DNA of 63,723 bases, counting the filler, from Lama guanicoe (taxonomy: Eukaryota), in assembly GCA_013239625.1 (NCBI GenBank). It is 203 parts of 203 records of this genome, joined end to end, with 100 filler letters (N's around TTAATTAATTAA, not from the genome) between each part and the next. Parts side by side here need not be neighbours in the genome. Positions count along the whole stretch, not along the records: positions 49,650 to 49,864 come from PNXV01038027.1; positions 49,965 to 50,179 come from PNXV01038028.1; positions 50,280 to 50,494 come from PNXV01038029.1; positions 50,595 to 50,809 come from PNXV01038030.1; positions 50,910 to 51,124 come from PNXV01038031.1; positions 51,225 to 51,439 come from PNXV01038032.1; positions 51,540 to 51,754 come from PNXV01038033.1; positions 51,855 to 52,069 come from PNXV01038034.1; 195 more parts are not named here. One strand, 5' to 3'. Both the position numbers and the translations under genes were made by a program. The notes under the pieces were generated by a model, which saw nothing but the letters and a program-made list of their open reading frames with translations, did not search any database and was not told the DNA's origin. Position 1 is the first letter of the stretch. Each line of letters starts with the position of its first letter. Below, in pieces: positions 49,550-61,708 of the stretch.

Positions 49550-50990
49550 NNNNNNNNNNNNNNNNNNNNNNNNNNNNNNNNNNNNNNNNNNNNTTAATTA
49601 ATTAANNNNNNNNNNNNNNNNNNNNNNNNNNNNNNNNNNNNNNNNNNNNTCCGGCCACCTCCCCATCAGCTTGGTGCTCTGCTCCCTGAGCTCCCCGATG
49701 GCCCACTGAGGTGGGTGCGTGCTGGGGAGCAGGCTGGGCAGGAGGGCCGCTAGGAGTGGGGGGCCTGGACTTGCTCAGGGCGCCCCAGAGAGGAACCTGA
49801 CCCTACAAGGAAGCAGTGCCTGACACCGTCTTGTTTCATCACGGCCAGAGCCAAGGAATAGAAGNNNNNNNNNNNNNNNNNNNNNNNNNNNNNNNNNNNN
49901 NNNNNNNNTTAATTAATTAANNNNNNNNNNNNNNNNNNNNNNNNNNNNNNNNNNNNNNNNNNNNAAATATTTAATGACTGCTATGGCACAAAAACCAATC
50001 AGAACTGAAACCAGGGGTTAGTCTGTATTGATCCACACGAGGTGACTCTTAGAATTCCCTATTAAACGGCTAAAAAAAATAAACATGATAGAAAAGACAG
50101 ACTGAAAGAAATTGCAAGCCAGAGAGAAGATTTAGAGTATGGTAAACTAATTTCAGCAACGTGAAATGTAAAGGGAAAGNNNNNNNNNNNNNNNNNNNNN
50201 NNNNNNNNNNNNNNNNNNNNNNNTTAATTAATTAANNNNNNNNNNNNNNNNNNNNNNNNNNNNNNNNNNNNNNNNNNNNTGAAAAGGCTCATTTCCACCA
50301 CTTCGTCATCTGCCAGGTACTCACCTCAGGCAACTATTTTTATTGTTTTTTTGGTTTGTATTATTCTAGAGTTTCTTTATGCAAATGCAAATATACATGC
50401 TTATTTTCCCCTTTTCAACACAAAAAAGTACTCTGCAATTTAAAAACGCATCTTGCTTTTTGCACTTAATATTTCTCAGCGCTATTCCCAAATANNNNNN
50501 NNNNNNNNNNNNNNNNNNNNNNNNNNNNNNNNNNNNNNTTAATTAATTAANNNNNNNNNNNNNNNNNNNNNNNNNNNNNNNNNNNNNNNNNNNNTTGTTA
50601 TTTTGTGAACTTTGTTTGCATATAATTTACTTGTTCTTTAAGTAGTGAGGTTTTAAAAATTATTTTGAATATTATTTATATATTATTATTAAATGCTTTC
50701 TTATAGCAATTATAAATACTTGCTTAACTTTTCATTTCCTTTAATTGAAGACATTGCTTCATTTACTTTTCTTGACAGACTTTTTCAAATTCAGTAATCA
50801 AACAAAAAANNNNNNNNNNNNNNNNNNNNNNNNNNNNNNNNNNNNNNNNNNNNTTAATTAATTAANNNNNNNNNNNNNNNNNNNNNNNNNNNNNNNNNNN
50901 NNNNNNNNNAAACGCGAGGGCCAGCGCGCATGAGGCCGCTGCCCCCGCCGCGGGCCCAGGCGCCCCCCTCGCTGTGCCCGTGGTGATGCC

Positions 50991-51124
50991 ATGCCCCGCC
51001 ACCACGCGGGAGGAGAGGAGGGCGGCGCCGCCGGGCTCTGGTTGAAGAGCAGCGCGGCGGCGGCGGCGGCGGCGGGCGGGGGGCGCCCGGGCGGCGGCAT
51101 GAAGGATGTGGAGTCGGGCCGAGG
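50991..51124 (+). CDS. KCNQ5: KCNQ5 (Kv7.5) exon 1, N-terminal coding fragment; 5'UTR at 50910-50990
   Basis: [44 protein letters not shown] compared with recalled human [43 protein letters not shown]; start context GCCATG. Confidence 0.95.
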
Positions 51125-53114
51125 NNNNNNNNNNNNNNNNNNNNNNNNNNNNNNNNNNNNNNNNNNNNTTAATTAATTAANNNNNNNNNNNNNNNNNNNN
51201 NNNNNNNNNNNNNNNNNNNNNNNNAAATTAAAAAGTAAATGGGGGTGGGGAGGAGATAGAAATGTTAGATACAAAGAGTACAGTCCTCTGTTTTTAACAG
51301 TGCATAAGAAAGAGAAAACAAAGGTTAAATGGTGATACATGTACCTTTTTAAAGATGATACCAAATCAGTCATCCATGAAAGGTGAGGAGAAGAATCAGA
51401 AATGAAGTAGTCCTACAGCAATCAAGTCAGTGTGGTATTNNNNNNNNNNNNNNNNNNNNNNNNNNNNNNNNNNNNNNNNNNNNTTAATTAATTAANNNNN
51501 NNNNNNNNNNNNNNNNNNNNNNNNNNNNNNNNNNNNNNNGATTCAGAGGTATCAAGTACTGTGGAAGCTGGGATTGAATTTCAAGGCTGAAAAGGGCAGT
51601 TAGTTAAAAGTCTGCATCAGAAGTAGTTAGATGACCCACACCCTTCTCTGCCCTGCACAAGCCAGGTAACTAACTATTATACCTACCCCCACCGGAGACC
51701 CTCACATGTCTCCAGAGTAAATAAACCGGAGGGTCTCCACACTCAGAGACACACNNNNNNNNNNNNNNNNNNNNNNNNNNNNNNNNNNNNNNNNNNNNTT
51801 AATTAATTAANNNNNNNNNNNNNNNNNNNNNNNNNNNNNNNNNNNNNNNNNNNNTAGCTAAAAATCTAATTAGTGAACTAGAAGTTATCACTGAGGAATT
51901 AAAAAATCAGAAAAATGAGTACTGAGGACTCATCCATGCATCAAAGACAGAAAGCATGATTTGAAAACAAAAAAACAGCTGAAAGAGAAGACAGACTGTG
52001 AGCCTTCACTTTTAATCCAGTAGCTGTTTCAGAAGAAGGGAATGGAGGGAAGATCTGATAAACAGTACTNNNNNNNNNNNNNNNNNNNNNNNNNNNNNNN
52101 NNNNNNNNNNNNNTTAATTAATTAANNNNNNNNNNNNNNNNNNNNNNNNNNNNNNNNNNNNNNNNNNNNGCTTCTAGGGGTTGCAGAAATCAAGGCTCAC
52201 TTAACTAGAAGAAAACATATGGTTGAGTACAGTAGAAATCCTATGACACTATTTCTTCTTTATGCATTTTATGAATTTGTCATCCTAATGATCGTCCCAA
52301 ATTCAAATGCAAAATAAAATCCATATTGCCATCAACTTCTCTAGACTCTATTTGAAAACATATTTTATGCATCTGTGCCTTAAGNNNNNNNNNNNNNNNN
52401 NNNNNNNNNNNNNNNNNNNNNNNNNNNNTTAATTAATTAANNNNNNNNNNNNNNNNNNNNNNNNNNNNNNNNNNNNNNNNNNNNTATTTGGCCCAAAATA
52501 TTGATGCATTCAATGTATTATCCTAGGGTGATCATCTCAGAGGAAAGGCTAAGTGACAGAAAAATATTCTGCACCATTAATACTCCCTAAGTTCATAGCC
52601 ATCATGCAGAAAGAAGCATCCAGCATGACTCAGGCTCCCACAGACACAATCTCAGCACGTGCTGCCTCCTGCCTGAAGCCACCCAGGTCTCCATTAGCCN
52701 NNNNNNNNNNNNNNNNNNNNNNNNNNNNNNNNNNNNNNNNNNNTTAATTAATTAANNNNNNNNNNNNNNNNNNNNNNNNNNNNNNNNNNNNNNNNNNNNA
52801 TGTCAACAACAACAAAAGAGAAGTTTGAAAGATAAACTTTGAAAGCTAGTGGCTGATGGTAGTTTGCAGACTGTTACAAGACAGAGAAGAAAGGCATAAA
52901 GTGATCCCATTCGGATTAAAAACTCTGATTTGAAGAGATGAAAGCTAAAACTTGTAAAATAATGACAAACACTGAGAGAAGCACTCAGTAACATCGAATC
53001 CACGTGGGCAAGTCNNNNNNNNNNNNNNNNNNNNNNNNNNNNNNNNNNNNNNNNNNNNTTAATTAATTAANNNNNNNNNNNNNNNNNNNNNNNNNNNNNN
53101 NNNNNNNNNNNNNN

Positions 53115-53328
53115 TGCCGGTTTGAAGTTCCTGCAGTTTTCACTGTAAAACCGAGTAGGAGCTAGTACTTTACCTTATATATGTATGTAGTGCAGATTCC
53201 AACTTAAAAAACTTTGTGTTCCCAAGAAGCCAGGTGAAAGACGGCTTTCACACACACTTATATCTCAGAACTGAGGATCTGGAGAGACGTTCGTTCATCT
53301 AGCACAAAGGGAATGGGTTGCAGGAGAA
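53115..53328 (+). repeat. Probable satellite monomer fragment (homologous to 32343-32556)
   Basis: Colinear similarity to 32393-32556; ends in ggttgcaggagaa, which begins the partner contig (32347-32359). Confidence 0.75.
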
Positions 53329-53428
53329 NNNNNNNNNNNNNNNNNNNNNNNNNNNNNNNNNNNNNNNNNNNNTTAATTAATTAANNNNNNNNNNNNNNNN
53401 NNNNNNNNNNNNNNNNNNNNNNNNNNNN

Positions 53429-53643
53429 CCCGAGGCCCTGCTCTCCTGACTCTCAGCGGGCGGGGATTCAATGTGGACGCGCGGGAGCCTAACGGCCCGG
53501 AACATCGAAGAAACCCACGCTCTCCCGCAAGACAGGCAGTGTGGACTGCGCCCTGGCTCCGAGTCAGCGGCGGCGCCCTGAGAGGCTCAGACGCTCCTGG
53601 GAGTACATGGCTGATGGTCGGCTGGTGACGTGAAGATCGTGGA
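53429..53643. promoter_or_regulatory. CpG-rich promoter-like fragment
   Basis: GGGCGGGG, CCGGAA and TGACGTG motifs with high CpG. Confidence 0.5.
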
Positions 53644-55003
53644 NNNNNNNNNNNNNNNNNNNNNNNNNNNNNNNNNNNNNNNNNNNNTTAATTAATTAAN
53701 NNNNNNNNNNNNNNNNNNNNNNNNNNNNNNNNNNNNNNNNNNNGTCTGTATATGATAAATGTCAATTTCTCCAATCATTAAAAAAAAAAAAAATAAGGCC
53801 TCCCTGCCGTTAAAAATCATTCACTTAACTGCCAAATTTGTTCTCTCTACTTAATGTGGCTTTATTAACAACATTTGCCGTCAGCAATTTTCAGCCCATC
53901 AGCTGATGAAGAATGATGCATTCTCCTTTCATTAATGCTCACTTAAGAAAATAATTCCNNNNNNNNNNNNNNNNNNNNNNNNNNNNNNNNNNNNNNNNNN
54001 NNTTAATTAATTAANNNNNNNNNNNNNNNNNNNNNNNNNNNNNNNNNNNNNNNNNNNNCTGCAGGAGCGCAGGTTCAGAGCTGAAAAAGGATGAGACAGC
54101 CAGAGAAAAGGCACAGCTTCAGGGTTGGGTGGGTAGCTTTCCAGGGCGGCAGGGAAGGGTGATGCCACCCGGTGCCGGTGTGCAAAGCGGGCTCGTATAG
54201 GAGGGCCCTAGAGAGAGCTTCTGAGCCATTCCTCCCACCCTAACCTGTCCTTTGCTTCCCTAGGGTGTGAGGCNNNNNNNNNNNNNNNNNNNNNNNNNNN
54301 NNNNNNNNNNNNNNNNNTTAATTAATTAANNNNNNNNNNNNNNNNNNNNNNNNNNNNNNNNNNNNNNNNNNNNTAGCTTCACATCTCCAGAAATCAAAGA
54401 CTTCATTCTCTAGAACAGGAGATAGGAAAATTTTCTCTCATTAAATATCTTACAGCGTCTAAAACCAATTCATGTCTCAATATTTTATCATGTGACACCT
54501 ATTATGAGCTTTGTAATAAGGCAAATAAACAGGTTCTTAATTTTGTGCTTATGAGTGGTAGAATTATTAGCTATATAAGGCATAGAATNNNNNNNNNNNN
54601 NNNNNNNNNNNNNNNNNNNNNNNNNNNNNNNNTTAATTAATTAANNNNNNNNNNNNNNNNNNNNNNNNNNNNNNNNNNNNNNNNNNNNTGTAAATGAAGT
54701 GCAACCTTTAAAACTTGTATAAAAAATAAAAATTTTTTAAAAACCAAGAAAAAACTGGCCATATGCAAAAAAAAAAAGAGACCCGATTCCTATGGAATTT
54801 CTCAGCCAAGCCACAGGTACGCTTCAGCAGCAGCTTCACTTCGGGAAACCGAACCCTGCCCCCTGACCAGCGTGAATTCGGCGAAGTCTTACCTAAGAGG
54901 CCGNNNNNNNNNNNNNNNNNNNNNNNNNNNNNNNNNNNNNNNNNNNNTTAATTAATTAANNNNNNNNNNNNNNNNNNNNNNNNNNNNNNNNNNNNNNNNN
55001 NNN

Positions 55004-55180
55004 CAGGAAGAGGGCGGGGAGACGGGCACAGCCTGGGGGACACGGGCGTGCCCGGCGCCAGCGGAAGCGCAGGTGATTAACGCCGCCGTGCTTCCCGCGG
55101 AGCGGCTCCGACCCCACAGCACCCGGAGCCCAGGGAGAGGAAGCGGGCCCGCCCCGGCCGGCTGCAGCGGTGAGCGCCTT
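55004..55180. promoter_or_regulatory. CpG island fragment with GC boxes and ETS-like CGGAAG
   Basis: gagggcggg, gcggaagc, cccgcccc; high CpG. Confidence 0.55.
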
Positions 55181-55948
55181 TTTTCCAGTCCTAAATATTA
55201 TTGCAGTTAACGTAGGGTNNNNNNNNNNNNNNNNNNNNNNNNNNNNNNNNNNNNNNNNNNNNTTAATTAATTAANNNNNNNNNNNNNNNNNNNNNNNNNN
55301 NNNNNNNNNNNNNNNNNNTTTTGATATAAAACATAATTCAGAATTCTTAGAAAATCAAAGCACTAAAAATTCAGGATTTAGGCGATGACTTCTACAGGAT
55401 GAAAAGGAAAACACACCTCCCTAAATTCCCCTTCAGGGAATTTCACCCTTGATAGCAAAGCAGTAACTTCAAAGAAATGAAAAAAAGAATAGAGTTGTGA
55501 TTTCTCTGACTAAGAATTCTGAAATTTTACTTCNNNNNNNNNNNNNNNNNNNNNNNNNNNNNNNNNNNNNNNNNNNNTTAATTAATTAANNNNNNNNNNN
55601 NNNNNNNNNNNNNNNNNNNNNNNNNNNNNNNNNGCCATTTCAGTAGAGTAGACCACTGGAATTACTCATCCTCAAAAAAGAACATCCTAAGGCTCTGGCT
55701 ATGGTACTGTATTTCAAGCTTATTGTTATTTTTATAAAAAGCTAGTTTTCAAGTGTGTGTTTTCAAAGCTCGTTTTTATAGAAATATCCTAACTTATGGA
55801 AAATCAGTATCAAATCTGTATTTCTTGTTTGCAAACCTATAATGTTTTNNNNNNNNNNNNNNNNNNNNNNNNNNNNNNNNNNNNNNNNNNNNTTAATTAA
55901 TTAANNNNNNNNNNNNNNNNNNNNNNNNNNNNNNNNNNNNNNNNNNNN

Positions 55949-56163
55949 AATTGTAAAAGAAGACATCTAAATCATTAACAGTGGGAGAGGGAAGCAATAA
56001 AATATACAGTATTTTTTTCTTTCTTCTTTAAAAAAAATTGTTCCTGGTTGGATGGGTTTGAGCTAATATTATTATCTGTTTAGTACAAACATTTACAGTA
56101 ATAGGCTAATAGACTTACAAAAAAGGGTAACCACAAACCAAAAACTTACAAGGGAGTCACAAA
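55949..56163 (+). mobile_element. LINE-1 fragment (ORF1 3' / inter-ORF region)
   Basis: gtgggagagggaagcaataaaat...ggtaaccacaaaccaaaaac resembles the laurasiatherian L1 inter-ORF region. Confidence 0.5.
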
Positions 56164-57636
56164 NNNNNNNNNNNNNNNNNNNNNNNNNNNNNNNNNNNNN
56201 NNNNNNNTTAATTAATTAANNNNNNNNNNNNNNNNNNNNNNNNNNNNNNNNNNNNNNNNNNNNGAAATAGAGAGGAAAGGCTAGCAAATTACCTACTGAT
56301 TCTTTTTTTTTTTATTTTCCCCAATTGTTTCTTCCTTGTCAAAGCCTAGCTTGGAGTTAACTCTCACCTTACTTCTAAATTGTATTACCTGGACTCTCTG
56401 GGCAACTTAGGAGGAAATGGGGGCTTCCAGGGGTCCAGCCCAGTCAATGCTTTGTGCAGCACTCTCCTCCAAGGTTTTNNNNNNNNNNNNNNNNNNNNNN
56501 NNNNNNNNNNNNNNNNNNNNNNTTAATTAATTAANNNNNNNNNNNNNNNNNNNNNNNNNNNNNNNNNNNNNNNNNNNNTTCTTTTCTGCCACTGAGCATT
56601 TTAAGTCACCGTACCCTTTCTGGTTTGCTGCTGTACTGGGGTGTGGCTGCTGGCCAGGCTGGGTGCGTCTCTGCTTTGTAGGGCGGATTCATGTGAAGGA
56701 AGAGTTGCTGACTTTAAAAGAAAGTCAAAGCAAGTACATCCTGCAGTTTTATAATTGGCAGTGTGTTTTATTTTATCATACCTTTATTCACTANNNNNNN
56801 NNNNNNNNNNNNNNNNNNNNNNNNNNNNNNNNNNNNNTTAATTAATTAANNNNNNNNNNNNNNNNNNNNNNNNNNNNNNNNNNNNNNNNNNNNGGATATA
56901 TGTATTGTATGTATCTTCAGCCAGTCTGTGACATGACTTTTTGCTTCATGTTGTCTTAGTGGACAGGAATTCTTAATTTTTATATAGCCCAGTTTATCAG
57001 TATCTTTAAAAAATAAGTGCTTTTATCATCCCACTCAAAAATTAAGACTATCTTAGGGACTGAAGATATACTATGTCTTCTTAAAGATTTATTGTTACAT
57101 TTTTCAAANNNNNNNNNNNNNNNNNNNNNNNNNNNNNNNNNNNNNNNNNNNNTTAATTAATTAANNNNNNNNNNNNNNNNNNNNNNNNNNNNNNNNNNNN
57201 NNNNNNNNTTAATTACAAGCTCAGTGTTGTTAAATCTAATCCAGACTTCTCTGTTCTTCACAGTAACAAATGGCAGTGTTTAGAGGCTTTGAAACGGTCC
57301 TTTTCTTGCTTTAATGAAAATATTCTCTTCCAATTTTTATTATTTTTTTCTCTAGCCCTTTATTCTCAGGGTCATTTGCCAATTTCACTTCTTCTTTTCT
57401 CTACATTCTTACCCAAGTTAATANNNNNNNNNNNNNNNNNNNNNNNNNNNNNNNNNNNNNNNNNNNNTTAATTAATTAANNNNNNNNNNNNNNNNNNNNN
57501 NNNNNNNNNNNNNNNNNNNNNNNGCCTGGTAGACATATATAAGCACTCAGTAAATTGTAGTTTTTATTATTATTGTTCAGAAACTTATTTTTCTTCCCCT
57601 GTTATTCTGGCCCTCCCATTTTGTCTCCACTTTTAA

Positions 57637-57738
57637 CAGTGATTCTTAACCATGACTGCACATTAAAATCACCTGGTGAACTTTTAAAGCAAAACAAAAC
57701 CCTAGGGTCCAAAGCCTTAGTCCAGATTAATTAAATGA
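57637..57738. mobile_element. MER5-like hAT-Charlie fragment
   Basis: cagtgattcttaaccatgactgcacattaaaatcacctggtgaacttttaaa. Confidence 0.7.
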
Positions 57739-58153
57739 NNNNNNNNNNNNNNNNNNNNNNNNNNNNNNNNNNNNNNNNNNNNTTAATTAATTAANNNNNN
57801 NNNNNNNNNNNNNNNNNNNNNNNNNNNNNNNNNNNNNNCCCACAACTGTGTTCTTGTAAAATTCACTAATAGTGTCAGAAACCTTTGGTTTTGTAGCTTA
57901 AGAGTTCTCAGAGATCATTTAGCAGCCAGTGCTCTTGTTCTTTGAAGACAGAGCTGGGAGTTCCTGGAAAGTGATGGAATTATTAAGGCAACGTCCATTC
58001 CCTGGTGGCTGTTTCATTCTTCAGATAACAAGTATGATTGTTGTTGTCTTGGTNNNNNNNNNNNNNNNNNNNNNNNNNNNNNNNNNNNNNNNNNNNNTTA
58101 ATTAATTAANNNNNNNNNNNNNNNNNNNNNNNNNNNNNNNNNNNNNNNNNNNN

Positions 58154-58203
58154 CACCAGAAATTAACACAACATTTTAAACTGACTATACTTCAATTAAA
58201 AAT
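58154..58203 (+). mobile_element. L1 3' terminus (cetartiodactyl/camelid type)
   Basis: caccagaaattaacacaacattttaaactgactatacttcaattaaaaa. Confidence 0.8.
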
Positions 58204-58468
58204 TCTTCTTAATTAAAAAAGTAAAACATATAGAGAATCAACAGCTTTACAAAAATTACCATGGCTTCAATGTTTCATGCAATTTTTTCATTAACCTTAG
58301 AGGCCCTTTTAGCAATTACTATCTCTTGTAAAGAATCATTTATGTGGAAAAAATTAACGAATTTTTTTNNNNNNNNNNNNNNNNNNNNNNNNNNNNNNNN
58401 NNNNNNNNNNNNTTAATTAATTAANNNNNNNNNNNNNNNNNNNNNNNNNNNNNNNNNNNNNNNNNNNN

Positions 58469-58683
58469 TATGGTTGTCCTATTTTTAATTTTTTGAGAAG
58501 CCTCCATACTGTTGTCCACAGTGGCTGCACCAATTTACATTCCTACCAATGGTGTATGAAGGTTCCCTTTTCTCCACATCCTCACTAACGTTTGTTATTG
58601 TATTCTTTTTGATGATAGCTGTTCTGACAGTTGAGGTTTTGATTTGTGTTTCCCTGATGGTTAGCAATGTTGAGCACCATTTC
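58469..58683 (-). mobile_element. LINE-1 ORF2 3' end fragment
   Basis: Antisense translation ...[30 protein letters not shown] (L1 [17 protein letters not shown]...). Confidence 0.9.
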
Positions 58684-58783
58684 NNNNNNNNNNNNNNNNN
58701 NNNNNNNNNNNNNNNNNNNNNNNNNNNTTAATTAATTAANNNNNNNNNNNNNNNNNNNNNNNNNNNNNNNNNNNNNNNNNNNN

Positions 58784-59313
58784 AAAAAATGAAACTATAC
58801 AAGCCACAGAGAGAACATATTTGCAAAATGATCATGTCTGGAATATATAAAAACATTACATAAAACAAAAATCAAAACTCGTATTTTAAAAAACTGATAA
58901 ACTTGAATATTAAGTTTGTAAAAGCAGAAACACAAATGACCAATAAGCACATGAAAAGATGGTCCATATCTCTAGACATCAGGGAAATGAGAATTAAANN
59001 NNNNNNNNNNNNNNNNNNNNNNNNNNNNNNNNNNNNNNNNNNTTAATTAATTAANNNNNNNNNNNNNNNNNNNNNNNNNNNNNNNNNNNNNNNNNNNNAA
59101 AAAATGAAACTATACAAGCCACAGAGAGAACATATTTGCAAAATGATTATGTCTGGAATATATAAAAACATTACATACAACAAAAATCAAAACTCATATT
59201 TTAAAAAACTGATAAACTTGAATATCAAGTTTGTAAAAGCAGAAACACAAATGACCAATAAGCGCATGAAAAGATGGTCCATATCTCTAGACATCAGGGA
59301 AATGAGAATTAAA
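58784..59313 (+). mobile_element. Bubble pair 7 (58784-58998 and 59099-59313), old L1 ORF2 3' remnants
   Basis: 49 identical bases at each end, 5 substitutions; QMTNKHMKRWSISLDIREMRIK compared with L1 QMANKHMKRCSTSLIIREMQIK. Confidence 0.9.
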
Positions 59314-60699
59314 NNNNNNNNNNNNNNNNNNNNNNNNNNNNNNNNNNNNNNNNNNNNTTAATTAATTAANNNNNNNNNNNNNNNNNNNNNNNNNNNNNNN
59401 NNNNNNNNNNNNNGACAGCAGATTACAAAGGGAAATAACAGATTGCTTCTCACCTCACAAGGTAAATATTACTTTATGAGGCTTGTCAATCTGTCACGGG
59501 TGTGTCTGCCCACACGTGCGTCCCTGTGCACGCATGGGTACTGGGTCACAGTGAAAAATACATCTTATGCTGTGTGTGGAGTCTCTGCCTTAAACCATGT
59601 AGACTGGGCTTTCAGAGTACTTTCAGAGNNNNNNNNNNNNNNNNNNNNNNNNNNNNNNNNNNNNNNNNNNNNTTAATTAATTAANNNNNNNNNNNNNNNN
59701 NNNNNNNNNNNNNNNNNNNNNNNNNNNNTATCAAGTCCGTCTTAGCCTTTATCCAGGCATTAGAGTCAGACAGAACTGGATTTGGATTCACACATTTGCC
59801 TTGCCTGCATTCCCTTTTTTTTTTAAATTGGAAATGACTTTAAGTGGAAGTGGAAGAAATAATCAGCTCCCATAAAACCAACAAATGCCTCCTCTCCTTT
59901 CCCTACTTGTTAATGATTCTAAGATTTGCAATTTGTAAACCAGNNNNNNNNNNNNNNNNNNNNNNNNNNNNNNNNNNNNNNNNNNNNTTAATTAATTAAN
60001 NNNNNNNNNNNNNNNNNNNNNNNNNNNNNNNNNNNNNNNNNNNATACACACATAATAGGATGACTTAGATCCAATTCATCCCAGTAATTATGAGGTAAAC
60101 TGTAAAGAAAGAAACCGGCTAAGGGGGGCATTCTTTTCACTTGATGAGATGAGAGAGCTGGGGCTCAGAGACATTTCGGGTCTGCCTCAGGTCTTGCAGA
60201 AACTTAGCAATAGACTCAAGCCTAGAGCCCTCCAACCGGGTGCTTGGCCTCAGCTCATNNNNNNNNNNNNNNNNNNNNNNNNNNNNNNNNNNNNNNNNNN
60301 NNTTAATTAATTAANNNNNNNNNNNNNNNNNNNNNNNNNNNNNNNNNNNNNNNNNNNNTGACAAACGCAGAGAATCCCCTCCGTGTTGGGTTTTATTGAT
60401 CCCCGGAACAGTAGCTCCCCCTGAACTGAGAACCATAGCAGAATTAAGGAAAGATGTTTCCATCCCAGAGACCAGACGTTTGGAGGGCAGCCACTGGAGT
60501 AGAAAATGCGAGCCTGGCCAAGTACTTTCCTTCTTATTGGATTCCCGACTATTTCTGACTCTCATCAGCGAGCNNNNNNNNNNNNNNNNNNNNNNNNNNN
60601 NNNNNNNNNNNNNNNNNTTAATTAATTAANNNNNNNNNNNNNNNNNNNNNNNNNNNNNNNNNNNNNNNNNNNNGGAAGGTTGTCTTGGGCTGCTGTCCT

Positions 60700-60850
60700 T
60701 CGTGGCAGGTTACTCAGGCTCTCTAGAGCTCAGTGTCCTCATTTGTAAGTGACATTGTTGGCCGTATCTGTGTAGTAAGCTTCCTGCGAGGGTTCTGTAA
60801 GGAAATATACGTGAAAGGCTTCTGTTTAAACAGAGCAGGTGCTCAGCAGC
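60700..60850 (+). mobile_element. MIR SINE fragment
   Basis: ggcaggttactcaggctctctagagctcagtgtcctcatttgtaa...atatacgtgaaagg. Confidence 0.6.
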
Positions 60851-61303
60851 ATAGGAGCCATCTCTGTAGCCCGTGGTGGTTCTGAAAANNNNNNNNNNNN
60901 NNNNNNNNNNNNNNNNNNNNNNNNNNNNNNNNTTAATTAATTAANNNNNNNNNNNNNNNNNNNNNNNNNNNNNNNNNNNNNNNNNNNNGTTCCAACCTTG
61001 AATCACACGATTTCCCACTTCCTCCTGTGCTCTCTGGGACGGCCATGTCTGCACCCACAATGCTTTGCTGAGATGTCCTGCTGTGAGAGGGAGAGACGTG
61101 TGTTCGACCCCCCCACCAATGGGAAGAATGAAGATGAGAGCAACGTATTAGACGGGTGCTTCTCACGTGCTTCTAAGCAGCGGCTCTCTCCCTTTCCTGT
61201 CCCNNNNNNNNNNNNNNNNNNNNNNNNNNNNNNNNNNNNNNNNNNNNTTAATTAATTAANNNNNNNNNNNNNNNNNNNNNNNNNNNNNNNNNNNNNNNNN
61301 NNN

Positions 61304-61518
61304 AATTTCCCAATATTTGATGAAATTATGCACTCTAAGAAGTGCAAGCTCATGTGTGCAGATCTAAGAAGCACAACAAATCCTCAGCACAGGAAACAAT
61401 GAAAATTACACCAAAGCATAGCGGAAATTTCTCAAAACCAGTAATAGGAAATCTTAAAAATAGCCAGAGAAAAAGAAAGGCACATTAGATACAGAGGCAC
61501 AAAGATAAAAGGGTGACA
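61304..61518 (+). mobile_element. Old LINE-1 ORF1 C-terminal fragment
   Basis: aatttcccaatatttgatgaa...cagatctaagaagcacaacaaatcc...aaatcttaaaaatagccagagaaaaa. Confidence 0.7.
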
Positions 61519-61618
61519 NNNNNNNNNNNNNNNNNNNNNNNNNNNNNNNNNNNNNNNNNNNNTTAATTAATTAANNNNNNNNNNNNNNNNNNNNNNNNNN
61601 NNNNNNNNNNNNNNNNNN

Positions 61619-61708
61619 AATTTTCCTCTTTCTTCCCTCAAATGGCTATAGCGAGACGGTAGATGACGACCAGAACTACTTCTGCTCACAGAAGCGATTG
61701 ATCACGTG
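61619..61708 (-). pseudogene. HNRNPH2: Probable 5' end of a processed HNRNPH2 retrocopy (5'UTR segment)
   Basis: Reverse complement CACGTGAT...GTGAGCAGAAGTAGTTCTGGTCGTCATCTACCGTCTCGCTATAGCCATTTGAGGGAAGAAAGAGGAAAATT matches the recalled HNRNPH2 exon 1 / GLA upstream sequence, with CpG-decay changes. Similarity stops abruptly at 61708. Confidence 0.65.

Noticed and set aside
59104..59313. 85-aa ATG-initiated ORF
   Set aside because: It is a decayed L1 ORF2 remnant, the partner contig has TAA at the TAC codon, and the length is inflated by Ns.
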